The translations under genes and the position numbers were made by a program. From the NCBI RefSeq assembly GCF_006345805.1, contig NC_042997.1, positions 4,898,001-4,962,000 of the forward strand: a DNA stretch of 64,000 bases, given 5' to 3'. The notes beneath the pieces were generated by a model that was given only the letters and a program-made list of their open reading frames with translations, searched no databases and had not been told where the DNA came from. The stretch is from Octopus sinensis (lineage: Eukaryota). This document shows positions 47,847-63,916 of this stretch, in pieces; positions within the stretch are counted from its first letter, which is position 1, and every line of letters starts with the position of its first letter.

Positions 47847-48904
47847 ATGAATACATGCAGGTTTGTAGCTTTGCGTTGTACAGGCACATCCACTGACATT
47901 TTGATACCTATATAAATGGACTAAAATAAGTTAGATTATAGAAGAAATTAAATATTAAGCACAGACACATGCACATATAAACTTACAAATGCATAGGTTC
48001 AAACATACATGCATGAATGCATGCATACATGCATATATGCATGCGTTCATACATGCATATATACATACATACATATCAAATGGTGATGCACGAAGAGAAC
48101 TAAATAAAATACATTCATGTACAACGTCATTTTACATATTCATGTGCACTCTAACTAGAGAAAACCAAACGCCACCTAAACAGTATCGGGAAAATATCTC
48201 TCCTTTCTCAACATTTATAAAAACGCTTCGGCCTATAAAACACGTCATCAGACCGTGGAACACAAGCGTATCTGAGTTGTTACACGTTACGAACTACGAA
48301 TAGGGAATTATTTGCTTATTGCACTGTCAGATAGTTGTTATGATATATTATATAAGATCAACTGCGACTAAATTTACTGGTATGCTTAAAGCTGGGCAAG
48401 CTGACATTAATGATATGGAGATGCATTAAGCAGTTTTGTACAAAATACATATGTGATGATGTTAATCTTTGCCCGATATGCTTTTACACATATTATCTAT
48501 AAAGAGAAATATCTGCCAGGTCAGTTTCTGCAGGGAAAAGACGTCGCAGGTTCGAACTTATAGGAAGATATTAAAGCATTGTACATACTTTCATGAGATT
48601 CAGTCCCAATTGCTGAAACTTTGTTTAATTTGATTTAGCTCCATGTTATGCACGTCGACAGATCTGATGATTGCTGTTCTTGAGAACTAACATTTTGATA
48701 GGGTGGTGTACTATGAACTTCATAATCTCTCAGAGAGGATACGTAAAAACGCAGCAATGCTTACATACCATGGTTCGAAGAAATCAATTACAACAGATTA
48801 TATGTTCACACATGAAATCGTATAATTTTCTCATGTGATTATTTTTGCTGCGACGTTTTCTCCAGGGTTCTAACAGACAAGAATTATTTAAAGAGCATCC
48901 TCTA

Positions 48905-49800
<896 letters not shown>

Positions 49801-50609
49801 TATATGTGGGTGCGCGTGTGGGTGCAAGCACATGTATGTGGGTGCGCGTGTGGGTGCAAGCACATGTGTGTGTGTGTTTGTGTGTATGTGTGTTTACGTG
49901 TTTTTGCGTGTATGTGTATCTAAATATTTGTGCGTCCGTGTTTCTGTGTCTGCGTGTAGTTTGATTGAGTGTTTCTCGATTCTGAATACAATCTAAAGTA
50001 AATTACAGATATGTTTTTGAATCGTAGATTTTTTTCACTTCAGCATCTATTCATATTTTGATTAAATTTCATTTTAAAATTACTTATTAGATGTTTGTGA
50101 TTATTTAAAATAATATATATATAAAACAATTTAGTAATATATGTTATGAAAACATAGCTGATGGCTTGATAAGAAATATTATATATTGTGATAAGTTTAA
50201 TGATATTGGCTGAAGTTACACTCTATGTCAGAACAGTTAAGAATGTAGTAATTTTTATAATTCCTTGCGAAATGTTCTTTATCATTTAATTTTTGATGGA
50301 AATCCGGGTATGTTTGAGACTCGCTTTAATGAGAAAAGACTCTTGTTAGAGGAATCAAAGTTACTCTCAAGGCAGGCACATCTGCGGCAATTCAGAAAAG
50401 ATCTTGTATGCAATATTTCATGAGAATCCAGGTGAAAATTGTGACCAAAATACATTACAATTAGTAGCATTTCTTACGATTATAAATAGCGACCTAAGTT
50501 TTATGTTAAGTATAATAGTCGCTATTCATCGACGTAGATCGCAACAAATATGACAAAGTCGTTCAACGTAAAATATATGACATAATGTACGTAACTGATC
50601 TTACTTTAA

Positions 50610-51225
50610 TGGGCGTTATGTCCGTCTGTTAGTCCGTCTGTCTATTTTTCTTCAAGATCAAGCAGCTGGACCAGTGGTCAGGATTTTTTCGGGAGTACGA
50701 AGTGGGGAGGGTAATCAGGAAAGTATTTAGCGAAAAAAAATGTGAAAATACGTTTATGTAGTGGAAATGTAGTTTTGAGTTAAGAGATCACCTTGGATTT
50801 TTTGTTAAAATTCCGGCTACGTGAATTAACTCTGGATTCCCCCACCACGTATAGATCATGAATTTGGAGGGTTAAGATTTGCGATACTATCCCGTTAACA
50901 TGACGTAGATGGGTAGATTTGCTATGATACTATAATGGGTGTTATGTCGGCTGCCTGTCCGTCTCTTTGTCTGTTCCCTCTTCGCGGCCAGATGGCTGGA
51001 GCAATGGCTACGATATTTTTTGGAATTACAAAGACAGTTATCAGGAATACTTTTAGCATTAAACAATCAGAAAGTATGATTATTTCATGGACATCGATTT
51101 TTGAATTGTTAAACCCCCTTCGCATATTTACTAAAAATTCACCGACCACAAGTAGCTCTGAATTTACATCGTATATTTTGTGGCCCTATCGTAGATACGA
51201 AGTGGGGCACGAAGATGGTTAATAG
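50610..51225 (+). mobile_element. Possible DINE-1/HINE-like non-autonomous element with duplicated core
   Basis: Two related TTATGT..(GTCC/GTCT)n..GCTGGA..GATTTTTT blocks (about 50617 and 50941) and repeated TACGAAGTGGGG. Confidence 0.35.
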
Positions 51226-53228
51226 GTAAAATAAAAGGGAAAATGTGTGTCAGTATATAGTGTCTGTGATTATTTAGTGGTTATCGAAGTGTGTCAGTCT
51301 CGAGCAGGATTCGAAACGGCTAATCGAAGCGGCTGTTGATTGCATCTCAGTTTTGTCAATAAAAATATCTCATGGTACTAGAACACCCAGACAGTATTCG
51401 CATAGAACAGTGAGAAGTAAGTCTTAGATTGATTTTTGCAACGCTGAAGATCCCACTCGCGCATTCACAGCAAACAAGAGATAAAGCCAGACTTTAATTT
51501 GTGTAGGTGTATTTTTGACCACTCCGATGTTTACACACAGCTAGTTATACGTCGCTATGAATAGAGCAACGGTCTCCAAGAAGTTTGGTAATCATATCGA
51601 TATTATCGAAAGGAATATGCTTCATTGTCTAAATAGGGAAATGTGTGCACTTTGAACGTATAAGAGTATAAACAGGCGGAAAATACTGTAAACTACTAAA
51701 ATATAAGTATATCGAAATAACATGTTTTTCCTAATACTTTTTATGTAGTTGTCGAAGGAAGGTCTGAATTTCGTTAAGAGTGTTCCACATAAACATTCAT
51801 GATACAGAGGCTGGGAAACTATTTCAGTTCGGAAGTGAATCGTCATCACATGTCACCTAGTCGCAAACACATGTCACATAGCTGCAATAGAATGCTGTAT
51901 CATCCACAATAATGTGATTTCTCTCAGATATCACCCAGTAATCTACCAAGTCCATTGACACATTTCTCAATACATACTAAATGGGTAGATATGCTAGTCT
52001 TGTTAATTGCATCTAGCTAAAAGAAATATTTTAATTTGCCGACTTCAGGTAAAAGATATGGGGGCGTAGAATTGCATTATTACGTTGTTTTCTTTTTACC
52101 AATTTCACTTTGTGAGCTTATACAATTGCATTGTAAAACAATTTTCTTGAATTTAGTATATCTCTTATATGCATACGTTTCTTCTTGAATTCTGTGTTTG
52201 GAAAAGGACACTGTTGGATTCTTGCGTGCATTTTTATATATTAATGGACGTTACAGTATTATTTTCAATAATCGTGTACTTTATTTACGGTTTCATGACT
52301 AGCTTTAAATGAAATGATTGAATAAGGTGGAAAAAGTTGCAGGTGTAGGTACTTAACCATGCAATTTCATTTTTAGTGTGCTAATAAACGATTAAACATT
52401 TTTTTGTCAGTCTTTATATATTTTCGTAAATATTTCATTTTCTTTCACGCAACATGCTACTTCTAGTTTTTCTCTCAGAAAGTTATCTTATGATCCTATC
52501 TCTACTAGCATGCGTTTCGTCAATTTCTTTCGTTCCTGTAATATATATTTGATCTTTGCTAGACTAGTCATAAATCTACAGTTACTTGCCAGTTCCGCAG
52601 TATTCCGTGATTATATATATATATCTTCTATGGATTTGTATGTTCTCTTGTTGAATTCTTTGTTATATTATAAAGAGTTAGCATTTTATTTCTTTTGTTT
52701 TTGTTTTTGCTTTAGCTTCCATGTTTCTATTGCTGCAGTACATATCGCTACAGTATAGTTTCTTTTGCTCAATGTTAGGTAAGTGTTTGAAAAAGTATTT
52801 CGCAATATAATATACAGTTTACAGTTATTGGTGAATAGCATAATTAGGTAGCAGTTACAATCTCAGATATTCTAACAGTTCGATGATCGCTGTTTGATTT
52901 AAAAGGCTTAACGATGACTCCAGTTATAAATAGTTGGATTTTAATCACATGTCTCTAAACCACAGTAAGTGGGTTAATGACGAGAATTTAACAAAACAGG
53001 TTTGTTCACAGAGCCACCGAACAATTAAATTAAATCAATCAAATTAAACTGGACTGCACTTAGTCGAGACGTCAAAAAGCAAACAAAGATGATAGTACGT
53101 ACTGATTTGCATACTGGTTAACTTGTATAGGAGCAGTTTCTTGCGTTTCAATAAACGTTTTGTGACGTATATTGTTCAACAAGTGTTCTACAGTTTGACA
53201 AACATGACGCTATCAGTGGGTTTTCTGA

Positions 53229-55034
53229 AAACGGAATGCAGGCACATGTGTAAACATAGCATCACAATTTAAACAGATATGAAATGTAAACGAAATAATT
53301 CCAATACATGAGACATACTTTTTTTCTGTTGAGTAGTGGAGAAAACATACGATCAAAACCAAAGAATATCAAGTGCTTATAAGAGCGACGAAACACTTAT
53401 GCAGTGAAATCGCATAGTACATAGACGAAAGAAATAACAACATACAATAAAATGAAATATACCACAAAGAAATAATGAACGGTAATAGTAGTAGAAGCAA
53501 TGATAACAAAATATTTAACAGAAAGAACTTCAACAGCAGTAGCGACGAAACGAATTCAAGCTTTAACAACAATAATACTAGTTTGTTGAAGAGAAAGTTA
53601 CATCTATGTTACCACGCTATCTATGATTAAGTTTGGGATATATCAAAAGCTTAATACATTCGATGAAGTACTGCTCCTCTTATTCTATACATCAAAGATT
53701 CTTATCTTAGTGGTTGTAATGTAGCTTACATTTTTCAGATCGCAAATACCTATACTGTCGTCAGTTTTAATCATGTGGAATCTAAGGCAAGGGATAACAT
53801 TAAATGCCAATCGTCATCAATAGCATTGGAAAGAAATATGGTGTATATATAGTTTTGGTGGCGGTAAAAAATAAGCTATGAATAACTGCAAATTATTTGT
53901 TGTTGGACTATGAAATGGTATTTGATGATATTGAGCACGGTCACATAATTACAGTAAAACACAGCTGCAAACCTAAAGAGATCTAAACATCACTGACATC
54001 ATTCAGTCGCCGAAATGCTAATATGAACTAGTTTAAACCAATGATGGGGATCCTATGCCACGTTAGATTCTTGAAAGTAACTCGGCATATCACAGTAGTA
54101 GGAAATTTATAGTAAACTTTTTCGAAATATATTTTTCTTTCTTAGCATATATCATCTCCGCTATAAGGAATGTGTGCTTTGTTATTGGAATGTGCTTTCT
54201 TTTGGAAACTATTTACCAATTACTGAATATTTTTTCAGTGCTTTGTAATGCGTAAAAACGCTGTAGGCTGCGGTATATGAAAGGGATCACGGACGGGAAG
54301 TGGATTAATTGCCATTTTTCGGGCATAATTTTAAACTAATTCAGATAAAAGTGCACAAATATAACGTCAAAGAAGGAAGCACTGATCTAAGCAAGTACCT
54401 GCTGCGTACACGATATTGCCAGAACAATATTACAATAACCAAAATCCGTTTCACTTTTGCTGTGAGATGGTTTCCTTCAACAAGAAGACTAAGCTATTTA
54501 TTTCTAACAAAAATTAGTGAAAATATTATACTCCAATTAGAAATAAATTAAATCTAACATCTAAGGCATTGTAGAGTATATTGTGAATTGAATGGAATGA
54601 CATAAATTATAAAACACTCTGCTTGCTGCAAAGGAACACAGAAACATAATCAGTTGATTATATTCACATCTAATTATACAGTTATATCACAGATCTGGGG
54701 TAAGCGCAACACATATCTGACTGTGTGGAACAGTGCAACTGTTTTTAACAGGTGACAGCACAATGCACTTTTTATGGAAGACAATGAAACAGGGTACAAC
54801 ATGTAGCTGGATGGTATCCGTAGTCTTCTCTTCTTGTAATCTCACATAACCACAATTTCGTTGTTGATGTTTAACAGCTGCCCATTTTGTCACCGTGTAA
54901 TTATTATTTTTTTATAGGTTATTTTAACTTGTCCCAAACTGGGTATAAAACATTTCAAACACCAAATCCCGAATATAAGGACAAATAAATGACGATGACT
55001 CTACTACTACTACTAGTAGTAGTAATAGTAGTAA

Positions 55035-55094
<60 letters not shown>

Positions 55095-55120
55095 CGGTGG
55101 CGGCGGCGGTGGTGGTGGTG

Positions 55121-55161
<41 letters not shown>

Positions 55162-55466
55162 TTATTAGTATTATTGCTGTTACTGCTTGAATTCGTTTCG
55201 TCGCTACTGTTTAATATCATTGCTTCTACTGTTGTTAAGGTTCATTTTTTCTTTGTGGTATATTTCATTCGTCTACGTACTATGCGATTTCACTGCATAA
55301 GTGCTTCGTCGCTCTTATAGGCACTTCATATTCTTTGGTTTTGATCGTATGTCTTCTCCACTACTCAACAGAAAATGCATGTCTCACGTATTGGAATTAT
55401 TTCGTTTACATTTCATATCTGTTTAAATTGTGATGCTATGTTTACACATGTGACTGCATTCTGTTT
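53229..55466. repeat. Long inverted repeat pair (53229-53580 and 55166-55466)
   Basis: E.g. CACATGTGTAAACATAGCATCACAATTTAAACAGATATGAAATGTAAACGAAATAATTCCAATAC is present as its reverse complement at about 55390-55452. Arms differ by several indels. Confidence 0.9.
55010..55160. repeat. (AGT)n(GGT/GGC)n microsatellite
   Basis: Visible array at the inner edge of the right inverted arm. Confidence 0.95.
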
Positions 55467-56639
55467 ATCGATCAAATTCGCCTATTACTATACAGGTCTC
55501 TTCTGTTTTCAAACTACATTTTTGTATATCTCTATTTCCAGTTGTTTATAACTTGAGAGTTATTCCACTTCTTTTAGAGGTATATTGGCGTTCGTTGAAA
55601 TAGATATATTGATTATAAAAAAAAAAATTGCTGATTTACTTTGGAAATAATATAGAAACAATTTTCTTATTTTCCATCTCTGCTTAAATCAGCAACTGCT
55701 ACAGTATAGTTTGTAATTCTGCTAGAAAATGAGTAGTGTGTTTTCGTATCATCAGATTTAAATGCATATTCTGTAATACTTGCATAATTTCTAGTGTAAG
55801 GTGTCGTTTTCGATCTGGTCTGTAGTCTTTAGAGAATTTTTTTCTTTTGTCAGGACATCCATAATATATAGAAACGTAGGTTATTGTATGTTGCTGATGT
55901 AGGTTTTCTAATTGCAGATACTTAATGTAAATGGAATGTTTTCGGAAACTCAGTCTATTATTACGATCACACATGTTTTCCTTTTCTGCATGTCTAAGAT
56001 GTCTAACTTCTGGTGCGAGTACTTATTACTTTATTTTTCATCTCAGTTTTGAAAGAATATTCACTTATGTCATTAAAGTTCTAACCCGAAGAAGCTAAGT
56101 ATAGTATAGCAATCGAAACGAAAATCAATACAAACGAGAAAATCATTATTCAGCAATAATATTGCAACTAAAGAAAATGGAAGGATACAAAATAAAGCAA
56201 AGGAAATAAAAAAACAGCAACTGAAATGCTTATTTCAGATCTCTATACCAAAACACTACGGTATACTAGAAATAACTTATTGGAAACTAACTCCAAAAAT
56301 CAAAGAATGCTACGGCAACGACATCATTAATTTATACTGTATACGGAGAGCTTCAAATATCCTCAGATCCCTTCAAGTAATAGCACCAGATTGGAAATGC
56401 GAGAGCCAAATTTTCTACGCAGATTGATTTATTTGAAAAAATATTTTCTTTGCTTTACCGATGAAGGACGCGTGACCATGTTTATACACAAGGCTGATCG
56501 TAAATATTCAGTGAACATATGATATATTTTCTTGAAGTTGTCACAATATTGAAAATGAAAAGAAAATATATAAAACTATGGCTGTATAGATACACACGCG
56601 CACACACGTTGATGTGTAGATATTTGTGTATGTATATTT

Positions 56640-56658
56640 ATATATGTATATACATATA

Positions 56659-56729
<71 letters not shown>

Positions 56730-56801
56730 AAACATATTCATATATATCTGCTTTATACTATATACTATATATATATATATATATATAATATATATATATA
56801 T

Positions 56802-56883
<82 letters not shown>

Positions 56884-56988
56884 CGTGTGTGAATATGTAT
56901 GAATCTGGGTATGTATGTATCTATGTATGTATAAATATATAGATAGATAGTATACGTTAGATATATATGTATACATATATATATATAT

Positions 56989-57026
<38 letters not shown>

Positions 57027-57050
57027 GTGTGTGTGTGTGTGTGTGTGTGT
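56640..57050. repeat. (AT)n/(ATGT)n/(GT)n microsatellite cluster
   Basis: Visible arrays. Confidence 0.95.
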
Positions 57051-57338
57051 GTATATTATACAATGGAAATACACAAAAGGTGTACTTTGAATGAACATAA
57101 TCACTAAGCTCTACGATCTCTACGTTGCTCGACTGGTTATTATGCATATATGCTGTATGTGTATGGAACATATATCTTAAATCTACTGATAAATATTAAC
57201 ATCATTTGCTGGATGCTAAAGAAAGTAGGATAAAACGATTCGGTAATGTCAATTACATAGTCAAGCAACCTATCAAAATCTGATACTATTCATAATAAAA
57301 TTTGTTATATAAAACTGTACACACACACACACACAAAT

Positions 57339-57379
<41 letters not shown>

Positions 57380-57408
57380 CATATATATATATATATGTGT
57401 GTGAGTGT

Positions 57409-57444
<36 letters not shown>

Positions 57445-57962
57445 CAAAGATTTGTAGATGCATGTACTCGTGTTACATTGTGGCTGAGTCGGTATATAAT
57501 CCGGATTTATTTTATTTGATGCGTTATGTTAGCTTTTAACATTACAGAAGCCTAAACATTTTCAGTATGTACGCCATTGTATGTGAAGATGATCGTTTGA
57601 GGGGGGCGTGTTAGCTAGGTGTGTGTGAATAAGAGGAGCAACATATAGTTAAATTTATCTTTCCTGTGAATATATATATATATATATATAATGAGATCTA
57701 CATAAGTCAACATCAGAATTAATTATATGGCGAATTAAGTCAGACATTGACAGATATATCTCAACGGAAATGATTTTCCTATCAAATAATGACTTTCATG
57801 TGATTATCCTTAAACGTTATAACCTACATAGGTCTATTGAATATCGGTCACTCATATGTACCTATAGGCACACATACGCATGCACACGCACTCGTGCGCG
57901 CGCGCGGGTATATATATATATATTATATATATATATATACATATATATATATAATATATATA

Positions 57963-58020
<58 letters not shown>

Positions 58021-59019
58021 TTTATTTTAAGCAGCAGAAAATTTGAGAACTGATATATCAATTCAATCTAGACTCTTACAAACGCTACACCTTTAAAAAG
58101 AAATGGACTTGTTTGATTGGCCCTTTAGAAAAAAACGGTCAATCTTCGAGCGATAAACAAAAAGGTCAAAAATATATGTATATATATATAAAAAAGCTTA
58201 TAAAAATTATAAAATCCGAGGAAAAACCTTACATTGAATAGAATACATATTGACATTAATGAAGAAAGTATAAATTAATTCATAGGAATTAAACCTGTTA
58301 TAAATATCACACTGCAATACATATTTTTATTAAAATGTGCATATATATATCAACATACACAAAAAGGATGTGCGCCAACGCCATACATATACAGACGTAT
58401 GAATATAAATCTAAATATACACATAAATGCATGTGTACATATATTCACGCAAAACCATCTCGCACGCAAGTTGAAAATCATGTATGTAGCGATTCTCATA
58501 TACTGAGTAAGGGGGGGACGAAACAAAGGAAGAGAGAGAAAAAGGAACGAAGGAGGGGTGGGGAAAAAAACGAAATAAGAAAAAAATGATGTATACAATC
58601 TGTGTAACGGCGTTATTGGCATATATGGAGGCAAGTATACAAACAAGTTCGTATGGATACATACATACAGTTGTGTATATGTGTGCTTAAGCACAAACAT
58701 ACTCTCACTTACACATACACATATTCGCATGCTTACAAATACATAACCTCGGCTATACACATACTTACATCAACATTTTAATTTTGACAACATTGCTTTT
58801 TTTGAAAAAACATTGCTTTTTTTGAAAAAAACATTGCTTTTTTTAAAAGAATGGGTGCATTAATAAAAATATATACGAAAGACATATAAAATAAAATAAC
58901 ACCCTATTTTGGATCATTTATAAATCATCAAGGTAATATAAATAATCAAGGTAATCCTATACAATACAGTAACCTGAAAACAGGGTCGAAGGTTTTTTTC
59001 TGATTTATATGTAAATATT

Positions 59020-59300
59020 TAATTTATAAATATGTGGAAACCTTTACAAACTTTTACAGTCCAGTGATGTAATGGATCTTTAGTCTTTGACTTACTTTTC
59101 TCTTTTCTCGTATGGAGATGCTAAAAGATAAGTATTTAGGTAGTGTTTTTCATATCCCAGGGCCCCGATAATTACGGGTATGACACTGAACTTGTAATCT
59201 GGATAGAGTAAGTGCAGATTTGCCAATAGTTCAGTTTAGATGTTCTCCTTTTCACTGTCCTTCAGCTTTATCTTAACATCTGCTGGGCAACTAATTTCTG
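59020..59300 (-). mobile_element. REL endonuclease and 3' end fragment of an R4-type LINE (same family as 21121-21500)
   Basis: EISCPADVKIKLKDSEKENI*TELLANLHLLYPDYKFSVIPVIIGALGY. Confidence 0.8.
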
Positions 59301-59345
59301 TCTGAACGTCATCATAACATTCAGGCATTACTATGAACATATAAA

Positions 59346-59735
59346 TGGCGCAGGAGTGGTTACGTGGTAAGTTGCTTACTTACCAACCACATGGTTCCGG
59401 ATTCAGTCCCACTGCATAGCATATTGAGCGAGTGTGTTATACTATAACATCGGGCCGACTGAAGCCTTTTGAGTGGATTGATACACGGAAGCTGAAAGAA
59501 CCCCGTAGTGTATATATATATATGTACACAAGTATGTATATCTCCCTATGTTTGTGTGTCTGTGTTTGTCTGTCACCCACCATCACTTGACAACAGTCGT
59601 TGGCGTGCTTACATCCCTGTAGGCATAAGAGGCCAATAGAATAAGTACTAGGCTTACAAAGAATAATTTCTGGGGTCGACTAAAGGCGATGCTCCAGCAT
59701 AGCGCAGTCAAAGGACTAAAAGAAATAAAAGAAAA
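59346..59735 (+). mobile_element. tRNA-derived SINE, family 1
   Basis: GGCGCAGGAGTGGTT...GGTTCCGGATTCAGTCCC head, tail GGCGATGCTCCAGCATAG. Confidence 0.88.
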
Positions 59736-59807
59736 AATACATACGCAGAGACGCTCTGTATCCCTGTGCATCTATGTTGAAGACATATATATTCTTTAAT
59801 ATGTATA

Positions 59808-60018
59808 CGTTAGCGCGCCGGGTTAAATGGTTAGCGGTATTTCGTCTGTCGTTACGTTTTGAGTTCAAATTCCGCCGAGGTCGACTTTGCCTTTCATTCT
59901 TTCGGGGTAGATTAAGTAAGTACCAGTTACGCACTGGGGTCGATCAAATCGACTTAATTCCTTTGTCTGTCTTTGTTTGTCCCCTCTATGTTTAGCCCCT
60001 TGTGGGCAATAAAGAAAT
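59808..60018 (+). mobile_element. tRNA-derived SINE, family 2
   Basis: Same unit as 31845-32067. Confidence 0.85.
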
Positions 60019-60889
60019 ATATATATTCTTTAATTATATATTCTTTAATAAAGTGGCTCGTGCAGAGTCATATTTGCTCGCTAACCTTCATGTAGTCTAA
60101 ACAGACAATCACACGAATTTGAATCAAATTTTGATACATCCACACGCACATTGTGTATGCATATAAAAATGAGCGTTAAAAGTATCATTTTTATGATCAA
60201 TTCTGCTTACCTATTTCCGATGCCGTAAACTTAACTGTGCATCTCTGTATCTGTTTAAATAGAATGTTACACTTTATAAATCTTCCAGTGCTTTCAGTGG
60301 TTACTTATATTCCGATAACCCACAGAGTTGTTCGTTTTAAAGTACACCCGTTCCTATTGAGAATGACATACCAAGGTCTGGATTTGTGCATATACAACCA
60401 ACCGTACAACTCACAATCACCAATGTTTGTGGTGCACCAATATTCCATTCATTATAATAGTCATAGAAACAATTTTATATACTTATATATCTGTGGATTA
60501 AGATAACAATGTTACTTTTAATAGTCTCGAGGAAAAACATTGCAGTTCTGTACTTATAATTTGTAAACTAAATCGTCAGCCTGTATTATTACGCGAATAC
60601 ACTTTCAAAAGTGTTGGGGGTTCAATATTTTAATTCTTGTTTTTATTGATTCACCCATTCACTGATCTTACAAAATACTATTTGTAATTTAATTTTATGA
60701 TGAAGTAAAAGAAAAAGCCGCATGACATAATTTCTTTTAAACTGTAAACTATTTATCTCTAGAGGAGAATGTTTTTAACTCCGTTATATATTTCATTTAG
60801 CTTAATTTACTTGATATTCATGGCTATCAATGACAAAATATATATGCTCTTTATAAGTGTAGAAAAAAAAATGTTATATAAATATGAAT

Positions 60890-61110
<221 letters not shown>

Positions 61111-61467
61111 ATATAATAATTAATCAATATAGGGTGGCAAATTCATAATTAATCAGATATAGCCGAGACAGTAGTGGTGCTGCCTCGTGCAAATATCTGT
61201 CCCGTCTGGCTTACCTTACTGATGAATTTATTGGCCTATGGAAGATTAGCTTGATTTAATTTAATCAAGTTGATTTACCATTAAAAAATAGACGAAACGA
61301 TGCATTGTATAAGGTATTACAGGGTAAATGTTTTAAAAAATTTTCTCCTGGTTTACGGAATTAATATTGTTTTGCGGTTGAAGCCTTGACTGCTAATTTT
61401 AGTGGGTTGAACGGCCTATTATGGCCGTTCCTAAATTTTGCTGCTATATATGTATATATATATATAT

Positions 61468-61520
<53 letters not shown>

Positions 61521-61589
61521 TTATTTATATATTATATATATTTTATATACACCTATTCTTTATTACAATTGCTACAAACAAATTTTTGC

Positions 61590-63330
61590 TAAACCTGCTG
61601 CGGCCTATGCTGGGATAGTTACCACTTGGATTTCCATTGGTATTATGAGCTGCATACCAACTCGCCTATACCGGCGGAAACCACATTCCTCACCATGGTT
61701 TTCTCCTGCTTGTGCTGCTTCTATCACCCATCGTAATCATTTTTTTCCACTGATTTCAGTGAGATAATTTTGGAGTGAATAAACAGCATTTCACCAATGT
61801 TCGCAATCACTGAAGGGCTATCATACGTGATGCTAAATCAGACTACAAGCAGCACATCCATGGTTGTATATAATCGTAGAATGTAGGCTTCCGTGACTGT
61901 TGGAGAATTATTAGAAGTGTTAGAGGTAACAATAAGTTTCTATTCCTCCTTTAATCAACTGACCTGAGGTCGTTACAACATCTAATGATAAAGCAGAGCT
62001 CTTTGCTCAGCTGTTTAGTTGTCACTATATTCTCGATGACTCGGGTCATCCACTTCCTGATCTTTTTCTCAAAAGTGATAAATTATTACACAGTTGTCAT
62101 ATTACTTCTGCAAATTTTGCAGACATTGTGGCACTGTTTGATCCATGTAAAGCAACTGAATCTGATGACATTTCACTGTTCTTCAGAAGTGCTCTCCTGT
62201 GGTGCATTCTGTCTTATCTAGGCTCTTCCGAAAGTGTATCACAGAGTCTTTTTTCCACATTTATAGAAATTCTCGACAGTTGTTCCTCTCTTTAAGAACT
62301 GTACTTATCGATCTAATCCTTGTAATTATAATCCAATTGCTCTACTATCAATCATTAGAAAGGGTTTTGAGTCATTAATTAATGACTCTCTTGTAAAATA
62401 TCTTTACGCAAATCGTTTATTCTCCGACTTTCAACATGGTTTCCGTGCCTGTAAGTCTACTGCTGATCTTCTCACTGTTATATCCGAGCGTGTTTCTCAT
62501 GCCATGTATATATGTTGACAACCTGGGGTAGTTACTTTTGATCTCTCTAAGACATTTGGTGTGTGAGGTTTCATGTTGAACATCATCTCTTTTATTTATG
62601 ACCGTAGTATCAATGTTGTTCCTTATAGTTAATCTTCATCTAGTTATACTGTTAATGCTGGGATTACTCAAAGATCTGCCCTGGGCTCAACTTTTTCTTC
62701 TTTTTATCAATCATCTATCAGATCCTATCATCTGTGAGCTAGTAATCTATGCTGATCACTCTACTTTGTACTCATGCTTGGATAAATCTGACGACTTGTC
62801 TGATAAGGTTGAGATCGCTTCTAACCTAGAGTATGATCTTCGATCTGTTGTTGAGTGGAGTAGGAAATGTCTTGTAACGTTCAATTCATTGAAAACTAAA
62901 CTTCTTTCAATTAATCACCCAAACCTCCTTTCTTGCCATCGATTTCGATGGATGACATTGACTTAAATGAGAGTCGTTCATTTCGTCTCCTAAAAGTGAC
63001 TTACTGTAATGATTTTTTCTTGGAGGACTTACATTGAATATAATGCCAAATCAGATGCAATGAAAGCAGGCACACTTCTTCGTTCATGAAGTTATTTCAC
63101 TTCTGAGTCTATTATTTATCTCTAAAAGTCCACCATTCGCCTCTGCATTGAGTACTGTTGTCACATAGGGGCAGTGGCTCTTGTGGATCATTTAACTCTG
63201 TTGGACCACATTCAACGCGGTATTTGTAATGCAATTGGTCCTGATCTGTCTTCTAAATTGGCTTCACATTCTCGACGTGTGGCATGTAAGTCTAACGTGC
63301 ATCGTGACCTAGGGACTTCTGTCTAGTGTC
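61590..63330 (+). mobile_element. CR1/Jockey-type LINE relic (pre-RT linker + RT), different family from 46 kb
   Basis: PHSSPWFSPACAAS, DKAELFAQLFS, YNPIALLSIIRKGFESLIN, FQHGFRACKSTADLL, LVIYADHSTL. Confidence 0.85.
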
Positions 63331-63916
63331 CATTTTATTCTTGTAGCTCTTTAAAAAATCTATATCCGCTTCAACTTAACTTAATCTACACAGGATCGTC
63401 TAACTTAGGATTGTTAATAACTAAAAGTACACATCGTAGTCGATTTTTGTTCATATCTTTCAAAATTAAGTGTTATGTTTTGATCAGTTTTATGCTTATA
63501 CATGTATATTTTCTTATGTCAATTGAAATTTGAAGGATCACGAGTTGAGATACCCATTTTGCTATATATTGTAAGATTGGACTGTAATAATGTAAATCAA
63601 GATGCCGGCATTACAGATTTAGGTTCGTAACACGACAATTGTTTAATATCTAACCAGTCTTTCAAATTACAAATAAAGTTCCACTGAATATATAGGATAT
63701 TTACATTCATTAATCACCGAATAAAAGTTACGTTGAAGTTATTGACAAATATTTTACAATATTTCTTTTGGTAAATTGCAAAGTTTTTTTATATAAGTTT
63801 TATAATTGCAGCGTTGAAAAGTCAATTTTTGTGACGAATTTAGCTCGACTTTTTATAACGAATTCATCTCGTCTATATACATGTTTAAAACTTAAATTTC
63901 GCATTGATATTTGCAT

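Noticed and set aside
54760-54880. Cys-rich minus-strand remnant resembling a piggyBac C-terminus
   Set aside because: Needs two frameshifts to reconstruct and is too short to call as a feature.
56239-56376. Phase-0 reading with DIINLYCIRRAS as a decayed CAP HN..R motif of a tandem paralogue
   Set aside because: The invariant His-Asn is missing and no further CAP exons were found downstream.
60345-60490. Minus-strand Cys-containing frame (CFYDYYNEWNIGAPQ...CTVGCICTNPDL) ending at a GTATGT donor
   Set aside because: An in-frame TAA lies between the only acceptor and this frame.
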